Part shown: in pieces, positions 8,391 through 18,192 of the stretch
Layout of the letters: every line of letters begins with the position of its first letter
How positions within the stretch are numbered: the first letter of the stretch is position 1
Assembly: GCA_035438625.1 (NCBI GenBank)
Contig: DAORIS010000002.1
Location: 34,832-98,831 of the forward strand
DNA: 64,000 bases
Direction: 5' to 3'
From: Minisyncoccota bacterium
GTDB lineage: Bacteria; Patescibacteriota; Minisyncoccia; Phycocordibacterales; DAORIS01
The notes under the pieces: generated by a model
What the model was told of the DNA's origin: nothing
Seen by the model: the letters and a program-made list of their open reading frames with translations, nothing else
Database searches by the model: none
Program-made: the position numbers and the translations under genes

Positions 8391-8927
8391 ATGGAATCAA
8401 AAAAATATGCATATCTTGGAGGTGGTTGTTTCTGGTGCACAGAGGCAGCATTTAAACTCGCAAAAGGGGTAATTTCTGTTATGCCTGGATACGCTGGTGG
8501 AACCGTTCCAAACCCTTCGTACGATGACGTGTGCGATGGAAATACTGGTCACGCTGAGATTATTAAAATCGAATACGATCCTTCGATAATTTCATTCAAG
8601 AATCTATTAAAGATATTTTTTGTTTCTCACGATCCCACAACACTCAATAGACAAGGAAATGATGTTGGTACTCAGTATCGATCTGTAATTTTCTACACAA
8701 ACGAAGAAGAAAAGAAAATTGCAGAGGAAACAATTTCTGATATTAACCAATCTGCAAAGCCAGGAGACCCAGTAGTTACTGAAGTCTCTCCTCTTACCGA
8801 ATTCTACCCAGCAGAAAATTATCATCATAATTATTACGCTAACCACAAAGAAGCTGCGTACTGCCAATTTGTCATTAACCCTAAACTTAAGAAGGTGCAG
8901 CAAGAAGCAGCAGAACTACTGAAATAG
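8391..8927 (+). CDS. msrA: Peptide methionine sulfoxide reductase A
   Basis: Active-site [12 protein letters not shown] motif. Confidence 0.9.
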   Translation: MESKKYAYLGGGCFWCTEAAFKLAKGVISVMPGYAGGTVPNPSYDDVCDGNTGHAEIIKIEYDPSIISFKNLLKIFFVSHDPTTLNRQGNDVGTQYRSVIFYTNEEEKKIAEETISDINQSAKPGDPVVTEVSPLTEFYPAENYHHNYYANHKEAAYCQFVINPKLKKVQQEAAELLK

Positions 8928-8942
8928 GCATATACTATATAT

Positions 8943-9341
8943 ATGAGTGATCAAACCCCTCCTTCAGAAGAAGAATTAAAGAAAATGCTCACACCAGAGC
9001 AATATAAAGTACTTAGAGAAAAAGGGACTGAAATGCCTTTCTCTGGTAAATTCTTACAAGAAAAAAGGAGTGGATCATATAAGTGTGTAGTGTGTGGCAA
9101 CCCTCTCTTTGCATCAGACGCAAAATTTGACTCTGGTACTGGCTGGCCAAGTTTTGACCAAGCACTACTTGGATCCGTAAAACTTGAACGAGATGCAACG
9201 CACGGCATGGAGCGCACAGAAGTTACATGCGCACAATGCGGATCCCACCTTGGACACGTTTTTGATGATGGACCAGAAGCCACGACCGGAAAACGCTACT
9301 GCATGAACTCTGTATGTCTGGATTTCGAAGAAAAGAATTGA
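8943..9341 (+). CDS. msrB: Peptide methionine-R-sulfoxide reductase B
   Basis: Two CxxC pairs ([19 protein letters not shown]) and the SelR RxxEV...GHVFDDGP signature. Confidence 0.9.
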   Translation: MSDQTPPSEEELKKMLTPEQYKVLREKGTEMPFSGKFLQEKRSGSYKCVVCGNPLFASDAKFDSGTGWPSFDQALLGSVKLERDATHGMERTEVTCAQCGSHLGHVFDDGPEATTGKRYCMNSVCLDFEEKN

Positions 9342-9384
9342 TAGTCTATTCCTCGCGGGAGATTAGCTGTTTTGGTAGTTGTTT

Positions 9385-9457
9385 GGGCGATTAGCTCAGT
9401 TGGTAGAGCATCTCATTGACGTTGAGAGGGTCAGAGGTTCGAGTCCTCTATCGCCCA
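9385..9457 (+). tRNA. tRNA-Val (anticodon GAC)
   Basis: GGGCGATTAGCTCAGTTGGTAGAGC D-arm, anticodon loop TTGACGT, T-arm GGTTCGAGTCC, acceptor ATCGCCCA. Confidence 0.85.
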
Positions 9458-9465
9458 CCCTGTAT

Positions 9466-9494
9466 AAAACCGGCTACACTAAGCCGGTTTTACT
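9466..9494 (+). terminator. Rho-independent terminator after tRNA-Val
   Basis: AAAACCGGCT-acact-AAGCCGGTTTT followed by a T-rich run. Confidence 0.7.
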
Positions 9495-9585
9495 ATTCTC
9501 AGCATTACTGGTTTTTTGACCAAAAACATGTAGTATTCGAGGCGGACGTTTCTTACACAACAATTTCTTCTTTAAAGGAGCCACC

Positions 9586-10500
9586 ATGGCTGCTAGGAAC
9601 AAAATTGAGACAGTCGACGAGTACGGAATCTGGCGCCCTGGCTGCTTTACAGCCAAAGGTATCTACTTCGGCGGAGCAACCAAACGCTTCTTCTCACAAC
9701 TCGACCCTCATGGTAATTCATGTACTCCGCAACGAATACGTGCCCTCATGCGGGAAAACTGCGGTGTCATTCCTTATTCATCAAGTGATCTGAAAGGATT
9801 TCTTCGGGAATTTACATACAAGTTGAGGGGTGATGCAAGCGCAGCTCACAGCTATGTAAAAACGGAACTAAAACATACGTCACACTCACTGATACTTGAT
9901 GAACGGTATTTCAAGCTAAGAACAAGTGATCAGTGTCAAAAATCAAAAGCAAAAGACGCGCTTCTAACCCGACTTTCAGGTGTTGCAATGATCATTAGCG
10001 CATCAGATTGCACACCAGTTGCCATATACGATCCAGTACATCACGTTGCAGCTTTGGTGCACTCCGGGCGGACAGGCACCGCAAAGCGCATTGCAGCAAG
10101 AGTCATTCGTCTCATGGAGGACAACTTCAACACAAGTCCCGCTGATGTAGTTGTCTCCATCGGACCGTCAGTATCACATAGTGCGTACGATTTTTTAACC
10201 AAAACATACCGGGAGTTTGTAATCGAGAACCATTATACCGACAACGATCTTGGACGCTTCAGAATTAATCGGGGTAACGGATCGTATGGACTCGACATTC
10301 CAGCAGCAATCCGGTTCCAACTAGAACAAATCGGTGTTCAACCTGAAAAAATTTACCGGTCAGACCTTACAACGACCGAAAACACCGATTTGTTTTGCTC
10401 AGCATCTGCAGCACCGGGTAATAACCCTGAAGAGCGTGTCGCAAACAGCGGAAGTAACGTGTACATGCTCATTCTTGAAGACCCACTCACTGACTTATAA
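9586..10500 (+). CDS. YfiH/PgeF-family (DUF152, laccase-domain) protein with an N-terminal extension
   Basis: ASDCTPV and HSGRTGT boxes correspond to the conserved ADCxPV and HAGWRG motifs of PgeF. The gene is noticeably more GC-rich than its neighbours. Confidence 0.55.
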   Translation: MAARNKIETVDEYGIWRPGCFTAKGIYFGGATKRFFSQLDPHGNSCTPQRIRALMRENCGVIPYSSSDLKGFLREFTYKLRGDASAAHSYVKTELKHTSHSLILDERYFKLRTSDQCQKSKAKDALLTRLSGVAMIISASDCTPVAIYDPVHHVAALVHSGRTGTAKRIAARVIRLMEDNFNTSPADVVVSIGPSVSHSAYDFLTKTYREFVIENHYTDNDLGRFRINRGNGSYGLDIPAAIRFQLEQIGVQPEKIYRSDLTTTENTDLFCSASAAPGNNPEERVANSGSNVYMLILEDPLTDL

Positions 10501-10517
10501 AGAAACAGCTTAATTGC

Positions 10518-10546
10518 CTGTCCATCCTACGGACAGGCTTTTTTTA
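10518..10546 (+). terminator. Rho-independent terminator
   Basis: CCTGTCC-atcctac-GGACAGG followed by TTTTTTT. Confidence 0.75.
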
Positions 10547-10568
10547 TACCTATATATGCGGTAGCCTG

Positions 10569-11762
10569 TTGTATATGCGCATACTTGCCATTGAAACGAG
10601 CTGTGACGAGACAGCTACAGCAATAGTTCATGGAACAGGGTCAATTGAAAACCCTGTTTTTTCACTTATCTCCCAAGAGGTTTTTTCTCAAGCTGATCTT
10701 CATACGCTCTATGGTGGCGTACTTCCAAATCTTGCACGTCGTGAACATGGACAAAAAATAATTCCGCTTGTGACTACTACAATTGAAAAAGTAAAAAGCA
10801 CTCCAATTGAATCGACAGAAATAACCCTAGAACACATCAAACATATTCTTCTTCGAGAACCAGAGGTGTATGACGCAATAATTTCAAACGGATTATATTT
10901 ACTCAAACCCGAGATTGACGCAATTGCTGTAACTCAAGGACCAGGACTTGAGCCGGCACTGTGGGTTGGAATTAATACTGCACGAGCTCTAGCGCTTCTT
11001 TGGAATATTCCTCTTATCCCAACTAACCATATGGAGGGTCACATCATTTCACCTCTCCTTAAGGCTCCTGGAAGCCCAGAAGTGCAATCTGTGGCATTTC
11101 CTGCAATTGCACTACTTATTAGTGGTGGTCACACCGAGTTAGTACTCACTCCATCGTGGGGACTGTACACCACCATTGGTCGCACGCGTGACGACGCGCT
11201 TGGAGAGGCGTTTGATAAAGTTGCACGTTTACTGTCACTTCCATATCCAGGCGGAGCACTTGTGAGCAAACTTGCAAAAGAAGCACGCAGCGAAGGAGCA
11301 GTTCCGCAAGAACACGGAGTACACCTTCCCCGCCCAATGATTCACAGCAAAGATTTTGATTTTTCATTTTCTGGAATTAAAACAGCTGTTTTATATTTAA
11401 TCCGCGACTTAACAAAAACCGGAGAATTAACTGACACCCAAAAGAAAGCAATCGCATGTGAATTTGAAAACGCTGTTTCCGAAGTTATTACTTCAAAAAC
11501 AAAAGCTGCGTGCATTGCACACAGCGCAAAATCACTCATCGTTGGTGGTGGTGTCATTGCAAACGATGTAATTCGAGAACGCCTTGAAACACTCGGTACC
11601 GAGCTTGGCATTACAGTACTCCTTCCAACGAGAGATCTATCAACAGATAACGCACCAATGATTGCTATGGCAGGATATATTCGCGCACTCGAAGATCGAA
11701 TAATTACTCCTAATGCAATCCTTGAAACCGTAGTTAAGGCAGAGGGAAATCTCTCCTATTAG
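10569..11762 (+). CDS. tsaD: tRNA N6-adenosine threonylcarbamoyltransferase TsaD (Kae1/Gcp)
   Basis: N-terminal ILAIETSCDETA, HMEGH metal-binding motif and glycine-rich SGGV boxes. Confidence 0.85.
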   Translation: MYMRILAIETSCDETATAIVHGTGSIENPVFSLISQEVFSQADLHTLYGGVLPNLARREHGQKIIPLVTTTIEKVKSTPIESTEITLEHIKHILLREPEVYDAIISNGLYLLKPEIDAIAVTQGPGLEPALWVGINTARALALLWNIPLIPTNHMEGHIISPLLKAPGSPEVQSVAFPAIALLISGGHTELVLTPSWGLYTTIGRTRDDALGEAFDKVARLLSLPYPGGALVSKLAKEARSEGAVPQEHGVHLPRPMIHSKDFDFSFSGIKTAVLYLIRDLTKTGELTDTQKKAIACEFENAVSEVITSKTKAACIAHSAKSLIVGGGVIANDVIRERLETLGTELGITVLLPTRDLSTDNAPMIAMAGYIRALEDRIITPNAILETVVKAEGNLSY

Positions 11763-13922
11763 ATGCTAATATCTACACATCCTATGAACGAAAAATTCAC
11801 CAAACCATACGACCCGCAAGGAACAGAGTCACGTATTTACGAGATCTGGGAAAAATCAGAATATTTTAATCCTGACAATCTTCCAGAGCGTCACAAGACA
11901 CCATTTACCATCGTCATGCCTCCACCAAACGCAAACGGTGACTTGCACGTTGGGCACTCTCTCTTCATCACACTTGAAGATGTAATAACTCGTTACAAGC
12001 GAATGAAAGGGTTTAAAGCACTATGGATCCCTGGAGCTGACCACGCTGGGTTTGAGACACAGATTGTGTACGAAAAGAAACTAGAGAAGGAGGGGCGTTC
12101 ACGCTTTAAGATGGATTCACAAGATCTCTATAAAGAAATCTATGATTTCACTATTGAGAATAAAGCGAAGATGGAAAACCAGGTTCGTCAGATGGGAGCA
12201 TCGTGTGACTGGTCTCGAGAAAAATTTACACTTGATCCCGACGTAGTTGAAACCGTGCAGCAAACATTTAAGAAAATGTATGACGACGGATTGGTGTACC
12301 GCGGAAACCGCATTGTGAATTGGTGTTCAAAACACCAAACTTCCCTTTCTGACGTTGAAACAGAAAGCAAACCATTCACCGATCCCTTTTATTACTTCAA
12401 ATATGGACCTTTCACTATCGGTACCGCTCGCCCAGAAACAAAGTTTGGAGATAAATATGTAGTGATGCATCCAGATGATAAGCGATATATAGAGTACAAA
12501 CACGGAGATACGTTTGAAACTGAATGGATCAACGGGCCAATCACTGCAACCATCATTAAGGATGAGGCAATAGATATGGAATTTGGTACTGGTGTCATGA
12601 CTATTACCCCATGGCACAGTCAGATCGACTTTGAAATCGCCCAGCGACACAACCTTGATGTAGAACAAATTATCGACCTTCGCGGAAAACTACTTCCAAT
12701 TGCTGGGGAATTTGCTGGTATGAAAATTGCAGAAGCTCGACCAAAGATTGTTGATAAACTTGATAAAAAAGGGCTATTGGTAAAAATAGATGAGAAATAC
12801 GATCACAACGTCCCTTGTTGTTATAAGTGCAACACGATCATTGAGCCACAAATCAAGGCACAATGGTATGTAAAGATGAAGCCACTCGCTGAAACGGCAC
12901 TTAAGGCTGTTGAAGATGGAAAGATCTCCTTCTATCCTGATAACTATCGAAAAATATTTAACTACTGGATGTCGAACACGCTTGACTGGAACATCTCCCG
13001 ACAAATTGTCTGGGGCATTAAGATTCCTGCCAAAATCTGTACTAAGTGTGGACACGGTGTGCCTGACACAGAAAACAAAATCTCTGTATGTGAAAAGTGT
13101 GAAAGCGAGATGGTACAAGACACAGATACCTTTGATACATGGTTTTCTTCTGGCCAGTGGCCATTGATTGTCACTGGATACCCAGATGGAAAGGACTTCA
13201 AGGAATTCTATCCAACCGATGTCATGGAGACAGGATACGACCTCATATTTAAATGGATTCCTCGTATGGTCATCTTTGGCCTCTACGTAGCAAAAGAAGT
13301 TCCGTTTAAACACGTATACCTACATGGTCTTGTAAATGATGCTCAAGGAAAAAAGATGAGTAAGAGTAAAGGAAATGTGATCAACCCCCTTGATATGACT
13401 TCTAAATACGGAACAGACGCGCTCCGTATGGCACTTGTGGTTGGTAACCCACCAGGAAGTGACACCGCTCTATCCGAAAGCAAAATCAAAGGATACAAGA
13501 ACTTTGCCAATAAATTGTGGAACATTTCCCGATTCGTATTTTCAAATACCGAAGGACTATCATTAAAAACAAACACACAATACGCTGAAGCAGATGCTGT
13601 ATTACTCAAAGAACTCACTGATGTAGTTACCGACATAACTTCTGACTTCGAAGAATATAGATATCACCTTGCTGCAGAAAAAATATACCACTATGTCTGG
13701 CACCGATTTGCTGATGAAATCCTTGAACAAAGTAAACCAATCATTGCAGGTGAAGATATATCACTAAAAACTTCAAGACAACAAACCTTGCTGTATATTC
13801 TCCACCAGTCAATTACTGTTCTCCATCCATTCATGCCATTTATCACTGAAGAAATCTGGGCACATTTCCCAAAAGAAAAAGAAGGAGACTTACTCATGGT
13901 GAGTGAGTGGGCAAAAAAGTAA
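11763..13922 (+). CDS. valS: Valine--tRNA ligase (class I; lacks the long C-terminal coiled coil)
   Basis: HIGH region PPPNANGDLHVGHSL, LWIPGADHAGFETQ (ValRS-specific box), KMSKSKGNVINP. 719 aa. Confidence 0.75.
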   Translation: MLISTHPMNEKFTKPYDPQGTESRIYEIWEKSEYFNPDNLPERHKTPFTIVMPPPNANGDLHVGHSLFITLEDVITRYKRMKGFKALWIPGADHAGFETQIVYEKKLEKEGRSRFKMDSQDLYKEIYDFTIENKAKMENQVRQMGASCDWSREKFTLDPDVVETVQQTFKKMYDDGLVYRGNRIVNWCSKHQTSLSDVETESKPFTDPFYYFKYGPFTIGTARPETKFGDKYVVMHPDDKRYIEYKHGDTFETEWINGPITATIIKDEAIDMEFGTGVMTITPWHSQIDFEIAQRHNLDVEQIIDLRGKLLPIAGEFAGMKIAEARPKIVDKLDKKGLLVKIDEKYDHNVPCCYKCNTIIEPQIKAQWYVKMKPLAETALKAVEDGKISFYPDNYRKIFNYWMSNTLDWNISRQIVWGIKIPAKICTKCGHGVPDTENKISVCEKCESEMVQDTDTFDTWFSSGQWPLIVTGYPDGKDFKEFYPTDVMETGYDLIFKWIPRMVIFGLYVAKEVPFKHVYLHGLVNDAQGKKMSKSKGNVINPLDMTSKYGTDALRMALVVGNPPGSDTALSESKIKGYKNFANKLWNISRFVFSNTEGLSLKTNTQYAEADAVLLKELTDVVTDITSDFEEYRYHLAAEKIYHYVWHRFADEILEQSKPIIAGEDISLKTSRQQTLLYILHQSITVLHPFMPFITEEIWAHFPKEKEGDLLMVSEWAKK

Positions 13923-13973
13923 CAGTGTTTATAAAAAACATATAAAGGTATGCGATAATACTACGCATATCGT

Positions 13974-14672
13974 ATGGATGTACTGTTTACGTTAACACTA
14001 ATATTCGCTGCTGGATTTATTCCCGCGCTCTTGTGGTTGTGGCTTGTATTATCTGAAGATCGAGCTAACCCGGAACCTAGAAAGCGACTAGTTATTTCTT
14101 TTCTTGCTGGAGCTATAGCAGTACTCGTAGTACTACCATTCCAGGAATATATTTTTAACTCTCCTGTTTCTTTTGCAGTCATGATTCTACTCTGGGCACT
14201 TGCAGAAGAAGTGCTTAAGTTCGGTTTTTCTGCAGTGTTTGCACTTCACACTAAAGACGCTGATGAGCCTATTGATGAGATTATCTATCTTGCAGCAACA
14301 GCACTTGGATTTGCGGCATTTGAAAACATGTTATTTCTCTGGGAACCACTCATGACTGGAAACTTATCTCAAGGAGTAGTCATCGCCCACATGCGATTTG
14401 TTGGCTCAACACTCGTTCACCTCGTTTCATCAATTATCATTGGTACATTCCTTGCTGAAACATTCTTCAGTAGTCGTTTAAAAAAGATTTCAATGGTTAT
14501 CATTGGTCTCTTTATCGCAACCCTCTTCCATGCGTCGTACAACCTCTTGATTATGGACGCATCAAATTCATCAGTGCTTCCAACATTCATGGCGCTGTGG
14601 ATTACTGCCCTTTCTGTACTTTCATATGCACACCATCTTAAGAAACGGTATATAATCAAGATATCAGCATAA
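13974..14672 (+). CDS. PrsW-family intramembrane metalloprotease-like protein
   Basis: Polytopic membrane protein with the EExxKF, FAAFENMLF and HxxxxS motifs characteristic of PrsW/CPBP-like proteases. Confidence 0.55.
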   Translation: MDVLFTLTLIFAAGFIPALLWLWLVLSEDRANPEPRKRLVISFLAGAIAVLVVLPFQEYIFNSPVSFAVMILLWALAEEVLKFGFSAVFALHTKDADEPIDEIIYLAATALGFAAFENMLFLWEPLMTGNLSQGVVIAHMRFVGSTLVHLVSSIIIGTFLAETFFSSRLKKISMVIIGLFIATLFHASYNLLIMDASNSSVLPTFMALWITALSVLSYAHHLKKRYIIKISA

Positions 14673-14682
14673 ATCGTCATAT

Positions 14683-15186
14683 ATGAGCAAAGAAAAAAAA
14701 TCATTCTTCGAACGTCTAACAGGTGCCATGCGCATGGACGATGAAATGCCAGAACATGGCCAATCTCACGCACCCATCCTAAATTCACACCCACAAATAC
14801 GGTCAAACACTCCGTCATCTGTCATAACTCCATCACCATCGTGGGGAGAAGAAGCTGAAGGCCAGTTAACTGTAGATGTATACCAGACGCCGGACGATAT
14901 TATTATTAAGACAATGGTCGCAGGTGTTAAGCCTGAAGACCTTGATGTAAACATTGCTCGTGACATGGTCACTATTAAAGGCTCGAGGGAGCACCTTCCA
15001 GAAGAATCAGCTGATTTCTTCCACCAGGAACTCTATTGGGGATCATTCTCACGAACTATCATGCTTCCTGAAGAAGTTGATATTGAAGGAGTGGAGGCAA
15101 ATGAGAAATACGGACTTCTTACAATCCGATTGCCGAAGATAGACAAACATAGGCAAACCAAGGTTCGAGTCAAAAGCCAGATGTAA
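14683..15186 (+). CDS. Hsp20/alpha-crystallin small heat-shock protein
   Basis: Alpha-crystallin domain (VDVYQTPDDIIIKTMVAGVKPEDLDV...GLLTIRLPK). Confidence 0.85.
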   Translation: MSKEKKSFFERLTGAMRMDDEMPEHGQSHAPILNSHPQIRSNTPSSVITPSPSWGEEAEGQLTVDVYQTPDDIIIKTMVAGVKPEDLDVNIARDMVTIKGSREHLPEESADFFHQELYWGSFSRTIMLPEEVDIEGVEANEKYGLLTIRLPKIDKHRQTKVRVKSQM

Positions 15187-15192
15187 CAAAAA

Positions 15193-15213
15193 ATCCCCTC
15201 ATGGGGATTTTTT
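15193..15213 (+). terminator. Rho-independent terminator after hsp20
   Basis: ATCCCC-tcat-GGGGAT followed by TTTTTT. Confidence 0.7.
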
Positions 15214-15215
15214 CA

Positions 15216-15291
15216 TGGTGCCGAGGACCGGGCTTGAACCGGTGACCCCACGCTCTTCAGGCGTATGCTCTACCAACTGAGCTACCTCGGC
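15216..15291 (-). tRNA. tRNA-Phe (anticodon GAA), CCA encoded
   Basis: GCCGAGGTAGCTCAGTTGGTAGAGC..., anticodon loop CTGAAGA, ...GGTTCAAGCCC..., acceptor CTCGGCACCA. Confidence 0.85.
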
Positions 15292-15334
15292 ATAAACTGT
15301 TGCAACCTCACCATTCTAAGCGATTTTGGGGCTT

Positions 15335-15676
15335 TTACAAGCTCTCACCTCCTGTTCCAGTCTTTGGAGCTTCCCCTGAACCATTTATCTGGTATGACTC
15401 CTGTAGGCGTTCTAACTGGGTACTAAAGCCCTCTAGAATGGTTGAATCACGTCCCGAAACGGTTTCATAGACACTAGTCACCGCCTGCAAGTACGGCTGA
15501 ATGAAGTAGAAGGCACCGAGCGCAAGACCGATAATCACAATCCAGTAAATTACCCTGTAAATCCTTCCCCATTTCTGGGCTCGATACATCGATCGAACCA
15601 TGCGGGTGTTTTCACCCAACTCTTGTTCAAGATGAGCAATACGCTCTTCGAGCTTTCCTACATTATTCTCTTCCAT
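15335..15676 (-). CDS. Hypothetical coiled-coil protein with a single TM helix
   Basis: N-terminal heptad-like LEERIAHLEQELGE followed by a hydrophobic helix. No known domain recognised. Confidence 0.35.
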   Translation of the reverse strand: MEENNVGKLEERIAHLEQELGENTRMVRSMYRAQKWGRIYRVIYWIVIIGLALGAFYFIQPYLQAVTSVYETVSGRDSTILEGFSTQLERLQESYQINGSGEAPKTGTGGESL

Positions 15677-15716
15677 TAGGGACTAGTATATCATCCGCTA
15701 TACTATAGATATTCAC

Positions 15717-16556
15717 ATGAAATATATTCCAAGAAAAAGAACTGTATTTATTGCACTCACACTGATTATTTGTATCGCGTTACTTTCATGGATATCTATC
15801 CGACCATCGAATGAGCGAGTATGGGCAACTGACCAAGCAGTACTTCCACATGCAGAAATCAATGGAGAACAAATCACGATACGTAATATCCGTAACTTTA
15901 CATACACATCAACCACAAATTACACCCCATCGTATTACGACAAAACATTTGATCTTTCAAAGATACGTTCCGTTGATTACATTGTTGAACCGTTCTCAGA
16001 CTGGGAAGGGTCAGCTCATACATTCCTTACATTCGGCTTTGGAGAAAGTGAGAGTACAGCTGAGTACGTCTCAATATCAGTTGAGATTCGAAAGGAGCAA
16101 GGTGAGTCATTCTCAGCCCTTAAGGGACTCTTAAAACAGTATGAACTGATGTATGTAATCGCTGATGAGCGCGATGTCATTAAACTTCGCACCAATTACC
16201 GAAAAGACGAGGTATTTCTTTATCCAGTCAAAGCTGATAAGCCTGGAATGCAACAGTTATTTCTCAGTATGATTGAACGGGCAAATAAGTTGTACAGAGA
16301 GCCTGAGTTTTATAACACCTTAACAAATACTTGCACGACAAATATCGTGAAGCATGTAAACGAGATAGTTACGGAGCGAAAGGTTCCACTTAGCTACAAA
16401 GTGTTGTTTCCAGGATACTCTGACCAACTTGCATACGACTTAGGGCTTATCGACACAGCCCTTCCTTTTGAAGAAATGAGGGCAACATACAAGATCAACG
16501 AAAAAGCTGAAACGTTTGCAGACGATCCTGAATTTTCTGTAAAAATACGACGATAA
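15717..16556 (+). CDS. Hypothetical N-terminally anchored protein (possibly DUF4105-like)
   Basis: Signal-anchor, then a soluble domain of about 250 aa. Family assignment is tentative. Confidence 0.4.
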   Translation: MKYIPRKRTVFIALTLIICIALLSWISIRPSNERVWATDQAVLPHAEINGEQITIRNIRNFTYTSTTNYTPSYYDKTFDLSKIRSVDYIVEPFSDWEGSAHTFLTFGFGESESTAEYVSISVEIRKEQGESFSALKGLLKQYELMYVIADERDVIKLRTNYRKDEVFLYPVKADKPGMQQLFLSMIERANKLYREPEFYNTLTNTCTTNIVKHVNEIVTERKVPLSYKVLFPGYSDQLAYDLGLIDTALPFEEMRATYKINEKAETFADDPEFSVKIRR

Positions 16557-16564
16557 CTTAATTG

Positions 16565-16636
16565 TGCCACCGGCAGGAATTGAACCTGCATCTAGGGCTT
16601 AGGAGTCCCTTGTTCTATCCGTTGAACTACGGCAGC
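16565..16636 (-). tRNA. tRNA-Arg (anticodon CCU)
   Basis: GCTGCCGTAGTTCAACGGATAGAAC..., anticodon loop CTCCTAA, ...GGTTCAATTCC..., acceptor CGGTGGCA. Confidence 0.75.
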
Positions 16637-17263
16637 ATTGAAATACACACGGATCTCTTCTATCAAACACATGATCAGCTTAAAATACTGACCACTTTTC
16701 GCTATCCTAACACGACACATGCCATAAGGTAACTTACCTAACTTTTTACCCTCAATAATCTCTGTTTCGTAAACTTGTGATTTTTTGAGACTTAAATACG
16801 ATGTCCAGAATTCAATAGCATTATTTTTGTCTATATCAGAATACAACCTAAGTGATATTTTCACAGATTCAGACTTTACTCCAATTTCATATAAACATTC
16901 TAGAAAAACTTTGATTAAACCTGGATCAGAATTTATCAGATTCAATTCTTTTTTATTGCCCTCTCCCCAATATATAGAAGCAAGTAGTAATAACTTATGA
17001 TTTATCGATAAAGTATCCTTAAAAAGTAGTTTTGCCTTTTGATGAGCAATTTTCCAATTTTTTTCTGCTGTTCTTTTACTTCCACCTTGTTTTTTGCGAA
17101 GGATATCCACGAATTCAGCATTAACACTGATATTCTTTATATGATGGAATATAGTGGTTTTACTTCTCCTAAGTTCTTGTGAAATTTCAGAGATACTGTG
17201 ACCTGTTTCACGTAAAAAATGAATCCTTTGTATTTCAAGTGGATTAAGTGGCACACCTGCCAT
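16592..17263 (-). CDS. AT-rich hypothetical helix-turn-helix protein (possible homing-endonuclease or mobile-element remnant). Its last 15 codons overlap tRNA-Arg.
   Basis: N-terminal HTH (GHSISEISQELRRSKTTIFHHIKN). LLLLASIYWGEGNKK is faintly LAGLIDADG-like. The region is visibly more AT-rich than the flanks. The C-terminus is translated from the tRNA body. Confidence 0.35.
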   Translation of the reverse strand: MAGVPLNPLEIQRIHFLRETGHSISEISQELRRSKTTIFHHIKNISVNAEFVDILRKKQGGSKRTAEKNWKIAHQKAKLLFKDTLSINHKLLLLASIYWGEGNKKELNLINSDPGLIKVFLECLYEIGVKSESVKISLRLYSDIDKNNAIEFWTSYLSLKKSQVYETEIIEGKKLGKLPYGMCRVRIAKSGQYFKLIMCLIEEIRVYFNAAVVQRIEQGTPKP

Positions 17264-17268
17264 ACCAC

Positions 17269-17505
17269 CTATTTGATCTCCAGGAGTTCTTTGATATGTG
17301 CCTCGTCAAAACCAATGACAATGTCATCATCAATTGCAATCACAGGAACACCCATCTGTCCTGACTTTTCTACCATCTCCATCCTCTTTTCAAGGTCAGA
17401 GAGAACATTATGTTCAGTATATGGAATTTCGTTATCCTTAAAGAAGTGTTTTGCGTGTTCGCAGTGAATACAAGTTGGTGTTGAGTATATTGTTACGTTT
17501 TTCAT
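17269..17505 (-). CDS. Glutaredoxin-like/NrdH-like thiol-disulfide oxidoreductase
   Basis: VTIYSTPTCIHCEHAK CxxC box and a GVPVI box, in a small thioredoxin fold. Start chosen at MKNVTIY. Confidence 0.7.
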   Translation of the reverse strand: MKNVTIYSTPTCIHCEHAKHFFKDNEIPYTEHNVLSDLEKRMEMVEKSGQMGVPVIAIDDDIVIGFDEAHIKELLEIK

Positions 17506-17585
17506 AGGGCGTAAGTATACCATTTTTTATTTTCCTGGTCATTAAATCATTATCAAAAAAGCATAACGAATAAGTAAATATAAAG

Positions 17586-17659
17586 TGGTGCGGGATAGGA
17601 GAATCGAACTCCTGCCTCATGCTTGGGAAGCACGTGTCCTACCACTAAACAAATCCCGC
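17586..17659 (-). tRNA. tRNA-Gly (anticodon CCC), CCA encoded
   Basis: GCGGGATTTGTTTAGTGGTAGGAC..., anticodon loop TTCCCAA, ...GGTTCGATTCC..., acceptor ATCCCGCACCA. Confidence 0.85.
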
Positions 17660-17661
17660 AA

Positions 17662-17979
17662 TTATTCTTCGTCTTCTTGTTCAACAAAAATATATACCCC
17701 TTCTCCTTCTTTGCCAACTCCATATTTTTTACGCATTTCTATTTCTTTTCCAAGCGGAGTCTTAATTGCGGCAATGTTATCTTCCAATTGGATCTTTCGT
17801 GCCTGCATATCATTGAATGACTTCTCTGCTTGCTTTGCATATTTTGAGACCTCAGCATATGTAGTGTACATTCCCCACGCACCTTTAATAGCAAAAAAGG
17901 CAAGGATCGTAAAAGCCCCTGCTAGTCCATACCACATCGCTGCTTTGATAGCAGCCCTTGAAGCTCGGGGCTGTTTCAT
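17662..17979 (-). CDS. FtsB/DivIC-like septum-formation initiator
   Basis: One TM helix followed by a coiled coil (QARKIQLEDNIAAIK) and a conserved-looking PLGKEIEMRKKYG tail. Confidence 0.45.
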   Translation of the reverse strand: MKQPRASRAAIKAAMWYGLAGAFTILAFFAIKGAWGMYTTYAEVSKYAKQAEKSFNDMQARKIQLEDNIAAIKTPLGKEIEMRKKYGVGKEGEGVYIFVEQEDEE

Positions 17980-18192
17980 ATAGTATATGATTATACATCA
18001 CACATATATGTCACTTTATTCAAACCGATCAAACAAATTTATCAAGCGCCTTTGGATGGTAATCAGCATCTTGGTTATTATTTCGTTCCTTCTCTTGTAC
18101 TTGCCTTCGTTTAGGTTCTAAATTGGTTTCAAAACATACATCTTGACATACTGACACAAAATGCCAGTGTTCTCATAGGTCGCTACTGAAAA

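Noticed and set aside
9416-9793. 125-aa ORF starting inside tRNA-Val
   Set aside because: It begins within the tRNA body and its terminator, and overlaps the better-supported PgeF-like gene in another frame.
16592-16636. Possibility that the tRNA-Arg call is wrong because a CDS overlaps it
   Set aside because: The cloverleaf (acceptor, D, anticodon CCU, T-arm GGTTCAATTCC) is intact. The overlap is better explained by the ORF being an inserted or decaying element than by the absence of the tRNA.
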